From Octopus sinensis (taxonomy: Eukaryota), in assembly GCF_006345805.1 (NCBI RefSeq), contig NC_043000.1:79732001-79796000 (forward strand): a stretch of DNA of 64,000 nt, read 5' to 3'. The notes under the pieces are model-generated. The model saw only the letters and a program-made list of their open reading frames with translations, searched no databases and was not told the origin of the DNA. A program made the position numbers and the translations under genes. This document shows, piece after piece, positions 48,542-62,424 of the stretch (positions are counted from its first letter, which is position 1; each line of letters starts with the position of its first letter).

Positions 48542-50019
48542 AAATTCTAAAGTTGGGTTGTTCGTTAGTGGCGAAAATATCAATGCGCTTGCTTAATCGT
48601 ATTTTTCTGTATTCTCGTATTTTAATCTGGGATCTATGTACCGTCATCCTCTGGCCTAGACTGACTTTAATTTGACTAGTATATTGTCCTCAACACTCTT
48701 AGCAAGTTAATACATATATTAGGTTTTTCGAAGCACATGTGAAGTTGTTTTTTACTGTAAAATGTTGACCCTGTTTGAAGGAGAATTCTGATCCTTCAAT
48801 TAGGTTGACAGTTACCACAGTTAGGTCTTCTGCATTTTTTTACTGTCGGTTTCGATGTTGTTGGGCAGTGTACTTGGGCCTGTGTTAGAAGACTTTTCAT
48901 TGACTTGGGTTGTCTTTTGCTCATTATGATGGTGTGCGTTTGGAGGATTTGATCCATTCTATGGTCTATTTTTAGTAAAGGGATGTTCTGGAGGATGGTG
49001 TTGAAGACCTCATTGTTTAGAGGGTTGTGCATGGATATGTATAGTAGGGCTTTTGGTTGTAAATCCTTCTTTAGTCTGAAGTGTCTGAGTTCGTGGATGT
49101 TGAGTTGTAGGGCATGCTGAAAGCCTATATCAATTAGTAGTGGTGGGTAGTTCCTGCTGATGAGTGTATCCTTTAGCTCATGTAGTCGTGTGTCCATGGT
49201 GCTTGTTTCAGATACTATAGTACAAATTGTTTTTGCCAGTTTGTAAGGGATATTCATTCTAGTGTGTCTGGGGTGGCAAGAGTTGAATGGCAGATATTAC
49301 TTGGAGTCATTGGGCTTATAGTAGATGTATGTTTCTATTTTGTTGTTAGATTTCTTAAAGATGTCGAGGAATGGAAGTTGTTGGTGACTATATTCCATCA
49401 TAAATTGAATGTTTATGTCAAGTCTATTAAGAAGTGCTTGAAATTCTTTAACTCTTTCTATACTTTCATGCCAAAGAATGAAACAGTCATCTAGATATCT
49501 TATCCAGTTATTTTCTATGTACAGGGAGAACGAGTTTTCATATTTTTCTAGTATCTTACGATAAAGATTGGTTTCTAGGTACCCCATGATTAGGTAAGCA
49601 AAGGAGGCGGGGCATTCTCGTACCCATCACAGTCCCTAATTTCTGTCGCTAGAAGTTGTCATTGAATATGAAAAAATTATTCTCTAAGATGAATTTTAGC
49701 CCTTTTATTTCGAATTCTTTGTTGATGTGGTGTGGGAGTTCATTGGAGTAATTCTCTAACCAGAATTGGATTGCCTCTATTCCTAGGCCGTGAGGGATAT
49801 TGGAATAGAAGTTGACTTCATCAAATGATACTAGTAGGGTGTTTTTATTTATTGAAGGTGATTGAGCATATCTAGGTCGTCCCTCATGTAGCTTCTAATA
49901 TGCTTGTGGAGTGGTTCTAAGAGGGTGCCTAAAGAGTTACTGAGGTGGTGAAAACAATATAGTGGTTAAACTAGAAACAGTCTATGTCAGAGGATGACGG
50001 TATATAGATCCCAGATTAA
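48540..50019 (-). mobile_element. Penelope-like element (RT remnant) with partial inverted pLTR at its 5' side
   Basis: SFDEVNFYSNIP, WIRYLDDCF, LPFLD, YYKPNDS, NIPYKLAK, CRRPNCGNC; 49951-50019 is an inverted copy of about 48622-48692. Confidence 0.9.
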
Positions 50020-50652
50020 CCACTACAGCTACAACCACAACAGGTCACTTTTATATCATTTGACCATTAAAGAAGATTCCATGAACAATTTACTATCACA
50101 GCCCTCCTATATTTTTCTTTCTTTTCTGTCTCCTTCTCCTTCTTCTTTCCCTACTCTACTTCTCTTCCTCCTTCATCTTCTCCTTCAACTCGTCGTCGTC
50201 GTCGCCCTCCTTCTCCTCCTCCTCTTCCTCCTCCCTCAGCTAATCTTGCTTAAACCATCAATTCTCTGTACCCAAACTGTTCCTTCAGATTGACTGCTAT
50301 CCACCTACAAGGCATTCACAAAGAAATAGAGAGAGAGAGACAGACTATCTGAAGATGATGGAAATATCTACCTATTTAAAGACTATGGAAATATGTACGA
50401 AACATTTTGCTTAACTTTTTCTCCAATTTAATTGTTTTTCTTATTTTACTCTTAGTTGAAAACGTCTAAAAGATGGAAACTGAAACTAAAATGTACTTCA
50501 TGATAAAATTACTTCACCATTTTCTATCTTGTTTTATTTTCCTTATACATATTGACTTGTGTGTTACTTTTCTACCTTACACACACACATCCATGTATAT
50601 ATATATATATATATATAATATATATATATATGTGTGTGTGTGTATCATCATT

Positions 50653-50713
50653 AGGGTCTGATGAGATGTTGTAAAGCTAAGTGCTTTATGGATGCAAAAC
50701 TCTGGGTAGCCCT
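50653..50713 (+). ncRNA. Decayed minimal type I hammerhead ribozyme-like motif
   Basis: agggt-CTGATGA-stem II (tgtaaagc/gctttatg)-cAAAA (likely CGAAA)-ctctggg-TA-gccct. Confidence 0.5.
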
Positions 50714-50791
50714 TGAATCAGCCATAACTATCTTTATCTAAATATTCTGGTGCTTTACAACTTTCAGATTTATGATTTATTGATGATATAT

Positions 50792-51195
50792 GTGTAGGAG
50801 TGGTTGTGTGTTAAGTAGCTTGCTTACCAACCACATGGTTCCGGGTTCAGTCCCACTGTGTGCTTCGGCAAGTATCTTCTACTATAGCCTCGGGCCGACC
50901 AAAGCCTTGTGAGTGGATTTGGTAGACGGAAACTGAAAGAAGCCTGTCGTATATATGTATATATATGTGTGTGTGAGTGTGTATATGTTTGTTTGTCTGT
51001 GTTTGTCCCCCCAACATCACTTGACAACTGATGCTGGTGTGCTTATGTCCCCATAACTTAGCGGTTCGGCAAAAGAGACCTATAGAATAAGTACTAGGCT
51101 TACAAAGAATAAGTCCTGGGGTTGATTTGCTTGACTAAAGGCAGTGCTCCAGCATGGCCACAGTCAAATGACTGAAACAAGTAAAAGAATAAGAG
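50792..51195 (+). mobile_element. SINE family B
   Basis: Near full-length match to 32392-32807. Confidence 0.9.
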
Positions 51196-51645
51196 TATGT
51201 TATACACACACACACACACACCCACATACGCATACATCTATATTTGTATAATTATTATTATGTTTTTCTTCTGTTGTATATAGCCATAAGTCTTCATGTT
51301 ATTATATATGCATAAATCTTCATCTGTTGTGTTTGTATAATGTCTTGTTTGTTTCTGTCTCAGTATACATTCACTAGCTTTTTCCCAGTAACTTAATAAC
51401 AGTACTGGTGCCTCCAGGATTGAGTGGTCTCAATGATAATGGCGTGAAACTACAATGATATTTTGGTTCATTGACCGACGAGGAAAACTCAGCTGTGAAT
51501 ATTCTTTGTATTGTGTCTTTGTCTATATTCTCCATCAGTTAAGTTTCCATTTAGTTTCTTGTTTGCTCTGCTTTTTTCTAATTTTTTTCTCTCTGTTGTG
51601 TTCTTTTGTTCAACCCTTAGCATATATATATACATACATACATAT

Positions 51646-51694
<49 letters not shown>

Positions 51695-51781
51695 ATATAT
51701 ATATATGTGTGTATATATATGTGTGTGTGTGTGTATATATATATACACATATATACATACATATATATATACATATATATG

Positions 51782-51813
<32 letters not shown>

Positions 51814-51881
51814 ATATATATGTATACATATATACATATCTGTACATATGTATGTATATATATATATATTGTTACGAAAAT

Positions 51882-53130
51882 TTAACCTTTTAGGCTACTT
51901 TCAAGCCTTCGCCATAACTTGATTTATCTTTCCTATCTCTCTCTCTACAAAATTTAACCTTAGGCTACCTCAAGCCGTAATCCCATCTTTCCGCCATTGG
52001 TGCGCCCGCCCCCCCACCCCCACCACCAATACCGATGAACACTGTTCTCACCCCCACCACCAATACCGGTGAACACTGTTCTCACCGCCACCACCACCAA
52101 TACCGGTGAACACTGCTCTCACCCCCCACCACCAATACCAGTATACCCTGTTCTCACCATCTACACCGGATACGCCTTACTCATCTACACCGGGTACGCC
52201 CTACTCCCTCCCCCTCCCCCACTACCCCTTCTCCTCATATGCTTTCACTGTGAAAAGACAAGCTGCTAGCTCCATAGCTCATCAACTGCCCACCGATCTT
52301 ACGCTTCCTCCTGACACTGCCTCATTCCGACCATCCCCTTTAGTACCCTCCCGCCTCGTAATATCCTACGTTTTTATTTCTTAGGAACCTACACCAACCC
52401 TTCCTGCCATCGTTCCTCCTTACCCCAACCTTCCCCACTGGTTGCTCCCCTATATTACCCGCCTCAACTGGACCCCCCCCCTCCCCAACTCAACTCTAGA
52501 ATATCTGTATTTCTTTCCTCTACCTAATTACGTTACTCAGTGACGATAACGAATGTCTTTATTTCTTAGGAACCTACACCAACCCTTTCTGCCATCGTTC
52601 CTCCTTACCCCAACCTTCCCCACTGGTTGCTCCCCTATATTACCCGCCTCAACTGGACCCCCCCCCTCCCCAACTCAACTCTAGAATATCTGTATTTCTT
52701 TTCTCTACCTAATTACGTTACTCAGTGACGATAAATGCTGTGACTACAAAGACCCGGGCTGCTTTCTGCAGCAATTCCACATACCCCCTACCCATTCTAA
52801 GTACCCCGGATCCCCAAAGTACCCTGGATCCCCAAAGTACCCCGATCCCCAAAGTACCCCGGACCTCGTTGCCCCCGTGCCGCTGACACGTTAAAATGCT
52901 CGAACCGATCGTGACGATGCCGGACCCTCCGGCCCCTGTGCAGGTGGCACGTAAAAAGCACCCAATCCACTCACGGAGTGGTTGGCGTTAGGAAGGGCAT
53001 CCAGCCGTAGAAACTCTGCCAGATTCAGACTGGAGCCTGGTGCGGCCCCTGGCTTCCCAGACCCTGTCAAACCGTCCAACCCGTGCTAGCGCGGAAAGCG
53101 GACGTTAAACGATGATGATGATGATGATGA
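51882..53130 (+). mobile_element. Composite: C-rich leader with 185-bp tandem duplication fused to an RTE 3' UTR
   Basis: 52374-52549 repeated at 52559-52733; 52734-53130 near-identical to the reverse complement of about 7990-8386; (TA)n on both sides. Confidence 0.75.
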
Positions 53131-53239
53131 TATATATATATGTAAGTATGTATATATATGTGTATGTATATTTTACTCTTTTACTCATTTCAGCAATGTG
53201 GCTGCAGTTATGCTAGAGCACCACCATGGAAAATTAATG

Positions 53240-53311
53240 TTCACATGCTGGGAATTGAACTCAGGACACCTGATTGAAAGCCAGGAATCTTAACCACTAG
53301 ACTACAAGGGA
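53240..53311 (-). pseudogene. tRNA-Glu(TTC) pseudogene
   Basis: tcccttgtagtctagtggttaagattcctggcTTTCaatcaggtgtcctgagttcaattcccagcatgtgaa, 72 nt, broken acceptor stem, TTTT downstream. Confidence 0.75.
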
Positions 53312-53317
53312 GGTTAC

Positions 53318-55015
53318 ATCATCATCATCATCGTTTAACATTCATTTTCCATGCTGGCATGGGTTGGATGGTTCAACTGGGGTCCAGGAAGTCAGGAGGC
53401 GGCACCAGATTCCAGTCTGATCTGGCAGTGTCTCTACAGTTGGATGCTCTTCCTCATGCCAACCATTCCGAGAGTGTAGTGGGTGCTTTTTACATGCCAC
53501 TGGCACAGGGATAACAACTACAATTTCCATTTGATTTTGATTTTGATGTACTTGACTCAATAGGTCTCCTCAAGCACAGCATGTCACCCTACAATCCAAG
53601 GTACTTTTGTGTGGGCTGGTTATGTGAAGCTGGCATAGGATACAGCTGTGAACTCACTTTATTTGCTGGGTCTTCACAGCCATAGCATATCTCCAGAGGT
53701 CTCAGTCTTTCTTCATTGCCTCTGTGAGGCCCAGCGTTCGAAGGTCATGTTTCACCACCTCATCCCATGTCTTCCTGGGTCTATCTCTACCCCGGATTCC
53801 TTCAACTGTTTTGGGAGTGGTACTTCTTCACATAGCTCTCCTCATCCATCTGTAGTACATGACCATACCAGTGCAAACATCTCTCTTGCATGCCACATCT
53901 GGTTTTTCTTATGTCAAACATTTCTCTCAGGGTGTTTACACTCTGTTTTGTGTGCACACTGACATTACACATCCAGTGGATCATGCTAGTTTCATTTCTT
54001 TCAAGCCTACACATACCATCAGCAGTCTTGGACCATGTTTCACTGCTGTGTCTTGGACCATGTTTCACACACATGCATCGCACAATCTACCTTTCACTCT
54101 GAGTGAGTGGCCCTTTGTCACCAGTAGAAGTAGAAGCTTTCTGAACTTTGCCCAGGCTATTCTCATTCTAGTGGTAACACTCTCTGAGCATCCACCCCCA
54201 CTACAGACTTGGTCACCTCGGTAGCAGAAGCTATCAACTACTTCTAGTTTCTCCTCCTGGCATGAGATGGAATCTGTTTTCTGAACATCTGTAGTGTTTA
54301 TTGCCCCTGTGCATTTGCTACACATGAAAGCTATCTTCCCAGTTAATCTTCCTTTGATGTTGCTGCACCTCTTATGTGTCCATAGGTTATATGTCCATAG
54401 CTTACACCTTTCCTATAGATCGAGCAGGGCCACCTACCTTAAGGGGTGTGTGATGTGTTCACCTTCCTCCTTACTAGAACTTTGGTCTTTGCAACATTGA
54501 CTCTAAGGCCTTTCGATTCTAAACCTTGCTTCCATATCTGAAATTTCTTCTCTAGTTCTGGTAGTGATTCTGCTATGAAGGCCAGGTCATCAGCAGAGGA
54601 GCTCCCAGGGAGAGCCCATCTTGAATTCCTCTGTTATTGCCTGGAGGACTATGATGAATAAGAGGGGACTGAGGGCTGATCCTTAGTGGACCCCTACTTC
54701 TACCTGGAATTCTTCACTATACTCATTGCCAACCTTAACCTTACTAACAGCATTTCTGTATAGGGCCTGTACAGTCCTTATTAACCATTTGTCAATCCCC
54801 AGTTTCCACATTGCCCACCCTGTCAAAGGCTTTCTCCAAGTCCACAAAAGCCAAGTATAGGGGTTTATCTGTGGCTAAGTATTTCTTCTGCAGTTGCTGC
54901 ACCAGGAATATAGCATCAGTGGCACTTCTAACTGGCACAAAACCGATGTGCATCTCATCTAAGCAGACTCTCTCCCTTTACCGAATTGCATCTCATCTAA
55001 GCAGACTTTCTCCCT
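53318..55015 (-). mobile_element. 5'-truncated RTE LINE, degraded
   Basis: EEKLEVVDSFCY, RIAWAKFRKLL, FVDLEKAFDRV fragments; short duplication at the 5' end (54950-55015). Confidence 0.9.
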
Positions 55016-55451
55016 AAAACGTAAAGACAGATGAAATACAGTTAAGCATTTCACCCAGCGTGCTAATGTTTCTGCCAGCTCACTGACACACATGCACATA
55101 CACACACTCACACACACATAAATACATAATCATCAATATCCTTACTTTGTGCCTACACACTCCAAAAATATTCAATGGAGTGACTTTTTCCATGAATCAA
55201 TGAAGGTTTTCAGAGCTGAACAACATTACAATCACTAACATAGACACTGACATATGTTCACACATTCAACAAAATAATTATAGACATACCCACAACATAT
55301 ACCACAAAGCAGCAGTAAAAAGAAAAACAGGGACAACCTCAAATACAATGCACCAACGTTATACACAACTGAAATAAAATGCAATAGCAAGTGATTAAAC
55401 AAAGAAATAATAATGATGATGATGATGGTGAGGAGTAGGAGTGGCCATATA

Positions 55452-56055
55452 GGTGTAGGAATGGCTATGTGGTAAGTAGCTTGCTTACGAACCACATGGT
55501 TCTGGGTTCAATCCCACTGCATGGCGCCTTGGGCAAGTGTCTTCTACTATGGCCTCGGGCCAACCAAAGCCTTGTGAGTAGATTTTGTAGATGGAAACTG
55601 AAAGAAGCCCGTCGTATATATGTATATATATATATATGTGTGTGTGTATGTGTGTGTGTGTGTGTGTATGTGTGTGTGTATATGTTTGTGTGTCTGTGTT
55701 TGTCCCCCCAACATCGTTTGATAACCGATGCTGGTGTGTTTACATCTCCATAATAATAATAATAATAATAATAATTATGTACAGTGCTCAGGTGCACTAC
55801 AACTCATCTAAAGTGTATATATAATCAGGTGTAGTTTCGGCGGATCTCGGAAAGCATGAGGGCCTTAAAGGATGCAGTGTCATGGCAGTCAACAACTGAT
55901 GCAGACATTTAACTTAATGGTTTGACAAAAGAGACCAATAGAATAAGTGCTAGGCTTACAAACAATAAGATTTGGGTTCAATTTGCTCAACTAAAGGTGG
56001 TGCTCCATCATGGCCACAGTCAAATGACTGAAACAAGTAAAAATAAAAGAGAAAA
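55452..56055 (+). mobile_element. SINE family B interrupted by a minus-strand LINE 3' end with (TTA)n tail
   Basis: SINE resumes near 55910; insert 55750-55905 contains tacagtgctcaggtgc, inverse of 59373-59388. Confidence 0.75.
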
Positions 56056-56067
56056 GAGAAATAATGA

Positions 56068-56508
56068 ATTTCAAATGCTGGCACAAGACTAGCAATTTTG
56101 GGGAGGGGGTAAGTTGATCACATCAACCCCAGTGTTACAGCTTGTACTTATTTTACTAAACCAAAAAAGATGACAGGCAAAGTAAACCCTGGTGGCATTT
56201 GAACTCAGAATGAAAAGATGGACAAAATGCTGCTAAGCATTTTCCCCCAGTGTGCTGGCAATTTTGCCAGCTTGCCAGCAATAATAATAATAATACTTTC
56301 TACTAGAGGCACAAGGCATGAGATGTTGGATGAGGGGACTAGTCAATTACACCAACCCCAGTGCTTCACTGGTACTTAATTTATCGATCCCAAAAGGATC
56401 AAAGGTAAAGTCAACTTGTGTGGGATTTAAACTCAGAACATAAGGACAGATGAAATGCTGCTAAGCATTTTGTCCAGCATGCTAACAATTCTGATGGCTC
56501 ACCACCTC
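56068..56508 (-). mobile_element. Two tandem SINE family A copies separated by (AAT)n
   Basis: 56068-56279 and 56297-56508. Confidence 0.8.
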
Positions 56509-56530
56509 AATAGTAATAATAATAGTAGTA

Positions 56531-56592
<62 letters not shown>

Positions 56593-56618
56593 TAATAATA
56601 ATAATAATAATAATAATA

Positions 56619-57172
56619 GCCCTGATGCAGTACCAGGCAGTGGCTCTCATGGCTTCTGATCTTAACTGATTGGAAGTGTTATCATGTACATTGTTTTGTC
56701 TTGGTATAAAAGATGGGCTACAGCAAATATTCTGCTCAATACCACAGATTTGCTTGTCAGTTGTTTGACCTTAACCAGTTGAGCATGTTCCTTAGTGGCT
56801 GACGATATGTGCATCTCTGATCACGAGCAGAAGTAGTGGGGGAGCATCATAGCCATGTCTTGAGAAGGATTCTTTGGGGTTTGAATAATTCACCTCTGGA
56901 AACATGGGTGTTTCGTTCAACGTCCTTAAACAACCCTTATTCAGGGACCTTTTGAGTGGGATGGGTTACTCAATCTGAAGAAAATTCTAACTGGGCTCCA
57001 CCTGCAAGGTCATGTGCTGTTTATCTTGATATGAGATCACCATGTCGCGCACATATGGTTGTGATGCATGTGCCTGGTGTACCCTTATCAGACGGGTAGT
57101 CATGATGGGTATACTGGGCTTCGTATATTTTACCCCAGTGTCACTTTGATGGCATGCTCTGCTCGCTCACTC
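56619..57172. mobile_element. ~550-bp element between two (AAT)n tracts
   Basis: Colinear with 5193-5729. Confidence 0.85.
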
Positions 57173-58634
57173 AATAATAATAATAATAATAATAATGATG
57201 CTGATGCTGATGATAACAACAACAACAACAGCAACAATAATAATAGTAATGATGATGAAAATAATAATAATACTAGATAAAGAAACTACGATAAGAAAAT
57301 TAGACTAACACATACATACAATTAATTATAATAACAAGTACTTTGAGAATGATCAAAAACATTTAGACAAATACATAACCAACACCTTAGGACTTAGAAA
57401 TATGTATAACACAGAAAGCAGCTGTTTAGCATTCATACGTATTATGTAGAGCACATTCACTAAAGGGAATATAACAAAACTAACACAAAATACTATGTTT
57501 ACCCAAGGCACATGGAACTGTGCTCCAATGTACAGTGAAAATAAGCAATAAGAATAAGACTATTGAATAATAATGATAACAACAACAACAACAATAATAA
57601 ATCATAAAAACATTTAATTGGAAAATATTTGTATCAAGCATAAAGTACACACCTACCAATAAAATAAAATATAAAGAAAATAGTAATACATGCAACAGCA
57701 ACATCATTTACAACAACAGTAATGAAAGTTACACCATACCCTCTGACAATAACAACCCCAAACAATATGCTTACACATCTACACAAATCAACCATCAAAA
57801 ACTGCACAAAAAAAAGAAAAAACAGAACACAAAATGAAAACTACATTTCTTCCATTTAAGACATAATTTTGACTCCCTTCCTTCAATTAGACTAAAAGCA
57901 ATAGAGAAATCTAAAAACCCAAAACTCCTAAAATATCTATGTCATTAGAGAGATGCTGCATTCACCAATTTGTAGAACTGCCTATACCAGATCTATCAAA
58001 TTTCCAGATTTACAAAGATGAGAATATTCACAATAATCATGAACAACATAAGTCAAATGATATAATAATCATGGACATCTCACCCTATCTTCATGTACGA
58101 CCTCAGATTGCCAAGAAATGCTAAACCGGGACACTGTTAATCCTTGCATCCTCCTCTCACAATATAATAATAGTTTATTATTTTAGCACAAAATCAGTAA
58201 TTTTGAGGGACAGGGGTTTAGTTAATTAAACTGATTCCACTATTTGGCTGGTATTTTATTTTATCAATTTTGATAGAGTGAAAGCAAAGTTAACTTATAA
58301 GATTTGAACTCAGAATGCAAGAAACCAGAAGAAAAGCATAAGGCATTATGTCAGATGCTCTAATTTTTCTGCCAATCTTCTATTACTATTTGATATTTTA
58401 ATAACTGCTCTCAATGTTTGACTTCATGGCATGTTGGAGATCAAAGTAAAAAATGCTGGTGCATTTCACATGGGAAGCTGAAAATAATAAACTGAAAACT
58501 CAGAAACCTTGTTAGATTAACCATATTTATGTTTAACAAAATTATAAATCACAGTTTTCAGGACAATCAAAAATTAACATGGATTTTTTTTGAAGCCTTA
58601 AATAATTTTTTAAAATTCTGCAATGCATTAAGAC

Positions 58635-58867
58635 AAATGGTTCTCAACCATTTTTTGCCAATGGACCCCTTTGATTTCTACTTTACATAACTGGACCTCC
58701 AGAACCATTCACTGTAAATAAAATAAATCCTTCTACACATTTATAATCAAATATTAGGAATTGTATGAAAAATTAAAAATATTTTGTATATTGTAGACAT
58801 ATAAACAAGTTACTGCACCTAAATAATAACAACAAAATCTTATATGGACCCCAATTGAAAACCATTG
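58635..58867. mobile_element. Charlie/MER5-like hAT MITE
   Basis: TIRs aaatggttctcaa / ttgaaaaccattg; imperfect 8-bp TSD attaagac/atttagat. Confidence 0.7.
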
Positions 58868-59049
58868 ATTTAGATATTGCTTGTGACACAGCTGTGTCTG
58901 AGAACTGATCCAATATAGATTCAGATGACTATATCCAACCACAATTTTACTCATGAACCTAACATGACTTCAATGATGAACAATGCTGACACACAAAACA
59001 AATATTATGGTTTTATTTCACTCAGTCTCTGCATACAAAATTTACGTGA

Positions 59050-59410
59050 CACCATCTTAAGAAACAACACAAAATGCTGGCTTTCAAACTACTTATCAAA
59101 TCATCAAGCATATGAAGCGAACAAGAAAAACACTTCCCAAATTTGCAATTTCTCCCATGGATTACCTCAAGAAATTGTGGTGTCAACCTCTTTTTTCAAC
59201 TTATACCAACATGACCTTCCTACACTTCCCTAAATTATATGCACAGGGCCATATACAAATGAAATCACAAATTTTTCTTTCCTCTTTTTATTTTGTAACA
59301 ACTTTATTCACTTCCTTTGCATATTCTATGTACTGTTCATGCACTTTTAGCTACTTTTTCTCCTGAGTTGTACAGCACCTGAGCACTGTATACAATAAGT
59401 TAATTATTAA
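59050..59410 (+). mobile_element. Degraded non-LTR RT fragment plus 3' end
   Basis: WLSNYLS...HGLPQEIVVSTSFFNLYQHDLP resembles GVPQGSVLSP.LFNLY..DLP. Confidence 0.6.
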
Positions 59411-59751
59411 TTTTTTGCTTTGTATTCTCTCCCCATTCTCCAAACATAGCTGCACACCTACTCCACCCAATATAAATCATGTTCTGGGCTCACACTCAAT
59501 AGACTTAAATTATCACCAACCAAATACAATATCCCCTTTCTAAGTAACAAAAATCAAGTACAACCACTCATCAAACTGAATATTACACACAAAAGACAAA
59601 AATATTAAAAGGTACATACAACAATTCTATAACATTCACAACTCTCACTTAAAACATAGCAAAGAAAGTAGTATAGCACACAAACATACCTAGAGCAGTT
59701 ACAGTGCACGTGTTTGTGTGTGTGCACATGCACATGCACACACGCATGCAT

Positions 59752-59786
<35 letters not shown>

Positions 59787-59872
59787 TCTAGATATGAGCT
59801 TCATAAAATTTGAACTCAGAATGAAAAGAAATAACTAATGCTGGCTGAAAATGAAATCTCTTTCTTCCATAC

Positions 59873-60042
59873 TTGAAACTGTAACAGTGCCTGTTCTGGT
59901 ACTGACTTTCTGTATATCGCTGGTGGAGAGGTGAGTCACTGCTACCTCTAGCAGTTGAGTGTCCATCATTGATGAGACCAAGGAATGTTGAAATCATGTG
60001 ATCTGATGGTCTCAGTGCTGGAGACGGTGGGGATTTATCTTC
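59873..60042 (-). other. Candidate host exon (170 nt)
   Basis: Unique, higher-GC island; acceptor TAGCAG|G, donor AA|GTATGG; one open frame EDKSPPSPALRPSDHMISTF... Confidence 0.45.
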
Positions 60043-61397
60043 CTGCTAGCGATATAAACAAGTGTGCATTTTGGAGCAAAAGCCTATGACAGTTTCTCTC
60101 ATGGTATCTAACACAGTAAAGTCTGCTTTAACAGAACAGCCGCATTTAAGTAGAAATAAATATTACATTATGTATATAACTGTATATCAACAGTTCAACT
60201 ATAGCCATAACTGGTTTTGAATCAGCTGAGAGCTGAACCAAGAACTCTCTGGAAGAAAGCCATATTAAACATTTTAGCACAAGAGAAATAACAGCCAAAT
60301 TTTCTTCAAATCATGCTCGACAGTTTTAAATAAGGAAAGGCCATATTGTAGTCTTACAGACCATTAATGCCAGGATGGTCATGGCTTGAATGTGGACTGT
60401 TATAATCAGGGTTTATTTTGGTTAAACATCACTGTTACCACCACCACCACCACCACCACCACCACCACCACCACACCACCACCACCAACAACAACAAGAA
60501 CCACATACACGAACATACATGCATACATACATACATACATACATACATACATACATACATACATACAGCTGTGTATCTACTGAACTACCATCCTAAACAC
60601 AGGAACATTAGAGAATTCCCAACCTTCGCACATTGTTATTAATATTTTCTTTGATTCTTATTTAATTAATACTCCAAGAGTTTCCTTAAAATAGTTCTCC
60701 TGTAATCTTTGAATTTGATGAAGTTGAAGAACCAACAGACCAAAGTACCATATGTTCACCAATCTTCATATTAATGAGTTCACTTCCACATATTTAAACC
60801 ATCCCATTTTCATTTAGTTTTCTTTTTTTTTTCTTTCAACCTCAATGTTCTATGACATTTTAAAGATTTAATCAATATCTTTGATCATAGTTTCTGTGAA
60901 AATTCTCGTGGCATTATGTGGGAATCTGTAGGTTTCAGCCATTTCTGAGTTGCTGGAGATTTAAGCATCATTGCTATAACATCTTTAAATGACCAAACAT
61001 CAGTTTTAACAAAAATATTGAATATCTCATTAACTAAATTCATTTTATTTTTCGTATTTTTCTTAAAAAAAGCTTGTGTTTATGGGTATTTTTTAATATT
61101 AATTCACTGTTTTATTTGAATTTATTTTTCAGTTAAACTTTTATAATTTTACTTTTGTTTGTTTATCTTTTCTTTTTTTTTTCTAGAAAGATCTGTCTGA
61201 CTATCAAATAACATCATGTTAAGAAAGTAATATTAAAAAACAATTACTGGACCCTCAACAACAAATTATTGTAACAATGAAAGCAAAAAGTTTATTTAGT
61301 ATGAGCGTGACACTAATGGTTTCCCTCTCTCTCTCTCTGTTTCTTTCTCTTACTGTCCCTATTTCCCTATCTGCCTCTCCCTCCCTTTCTTCCTCAC

Positions 61398-61546
61398 CTT
61401 CATATGTCTCCACAGCTGAGGTCTGATATACACTGTTGTTCACATGATGAACAATGAGCAAAAATACCAAAGAAATACCAGTACGAAAGAAAAAAAGAAA
61501 GAAAAAGAATGAATCTATGACTGCTTGATTTTTCCAAGGCTGCGCC
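61398..61546 (-). other. Candidate host exon (149 nt) ending in ATGAAG
   Basis: Acceptor TGCAG|G, strong donor AAG|GTGAGG, unique sequence; ATG is in phase with the 59873-60042 open frame. Confidence 0.4.
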
Positions 61547-62211
61547 CTGCATGATGAATATATAGTTAAGTACAGGATTATATACATAAAGTAATGAGTT
61601 TTTCAACTTCCTTCCAATGTAAAAATAACTCAAAACTACAGCTCTAAGCAAAAGGAAACTTTGTAGTGTTAATGATAATTCTTGTCAAAAAAGGTAAAAG
61701 AAAGAACTCTGAAATCCAGATTGATTAGATGAAGGTTGGTAGTGTGAAGTGAAATGTGAGTCTGAGGGTGGATACAGTGGCAACTGTGGATATATTTCTA
61801 CATTATAAACTTACCTTCTTACTGAAATGTAGTTTTACCAAACCTTAGATGACTGAGAGGTATAAAGGAGCTCTAATAATATAGTCACATGTCTAAAGTT
61901 GTTTGTGCACTTCCCAAGACCATAACCTAGCTCTTCTACATGCCTTCAGTCAACTTTTAATTTATTTTAACCAATTTAAATTTTAGTGTTTCTTCCCTAT
62001 CTTTCTTGACTAGAATTAATTAATGAGTTAATGATTTGCTTTCTCTTCATTATGAATGTCATTTTAAAAGTCTATGTGCAATACACATCTCCTTATTAGG
62101 GCCTAACTTGGCTATTATTATGTATAATACATGCAGGATTACATAACTGCTACAAGAGTAGGTAATCTATTATAATCTAATACATTATCTTTTAATTTCT
62201 TATTCTATACA

Positions 62212-62424
62212 AGACGGCAAACTGGCAGAATTGTTAGCACACAGGGCAAAATGCTCAGCAGCATTTTGTCTGTCTTTATGTTGGGATTTCAAATTCTTTC
62301 AAGGTTGACTTTACCTTTCCTGCTTTTGGGATCAATAAAATAAGCATCAATTGATCACAGGGGGTTGATTAAACCAACTTAGCCCTTCTGGAAATGCTGG
62401 TTTTGTGCCAAAATTTGAAATCAA
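62212..62424 (+). mobile_element. SINE family A
   Basis: agacggcaaactggcagaattgttagc head to ttgtgccaaaatttgaaa end. Confidence 0.75.

Noticed and set aside
56619-56680. Resemblance of the minus strand to two U2 snRNA segments (atcagtt..atc.ga, cctggta.tgca)
   Set aside because: Matches are short and spacing does not fit U2; not supportable without an alignment score
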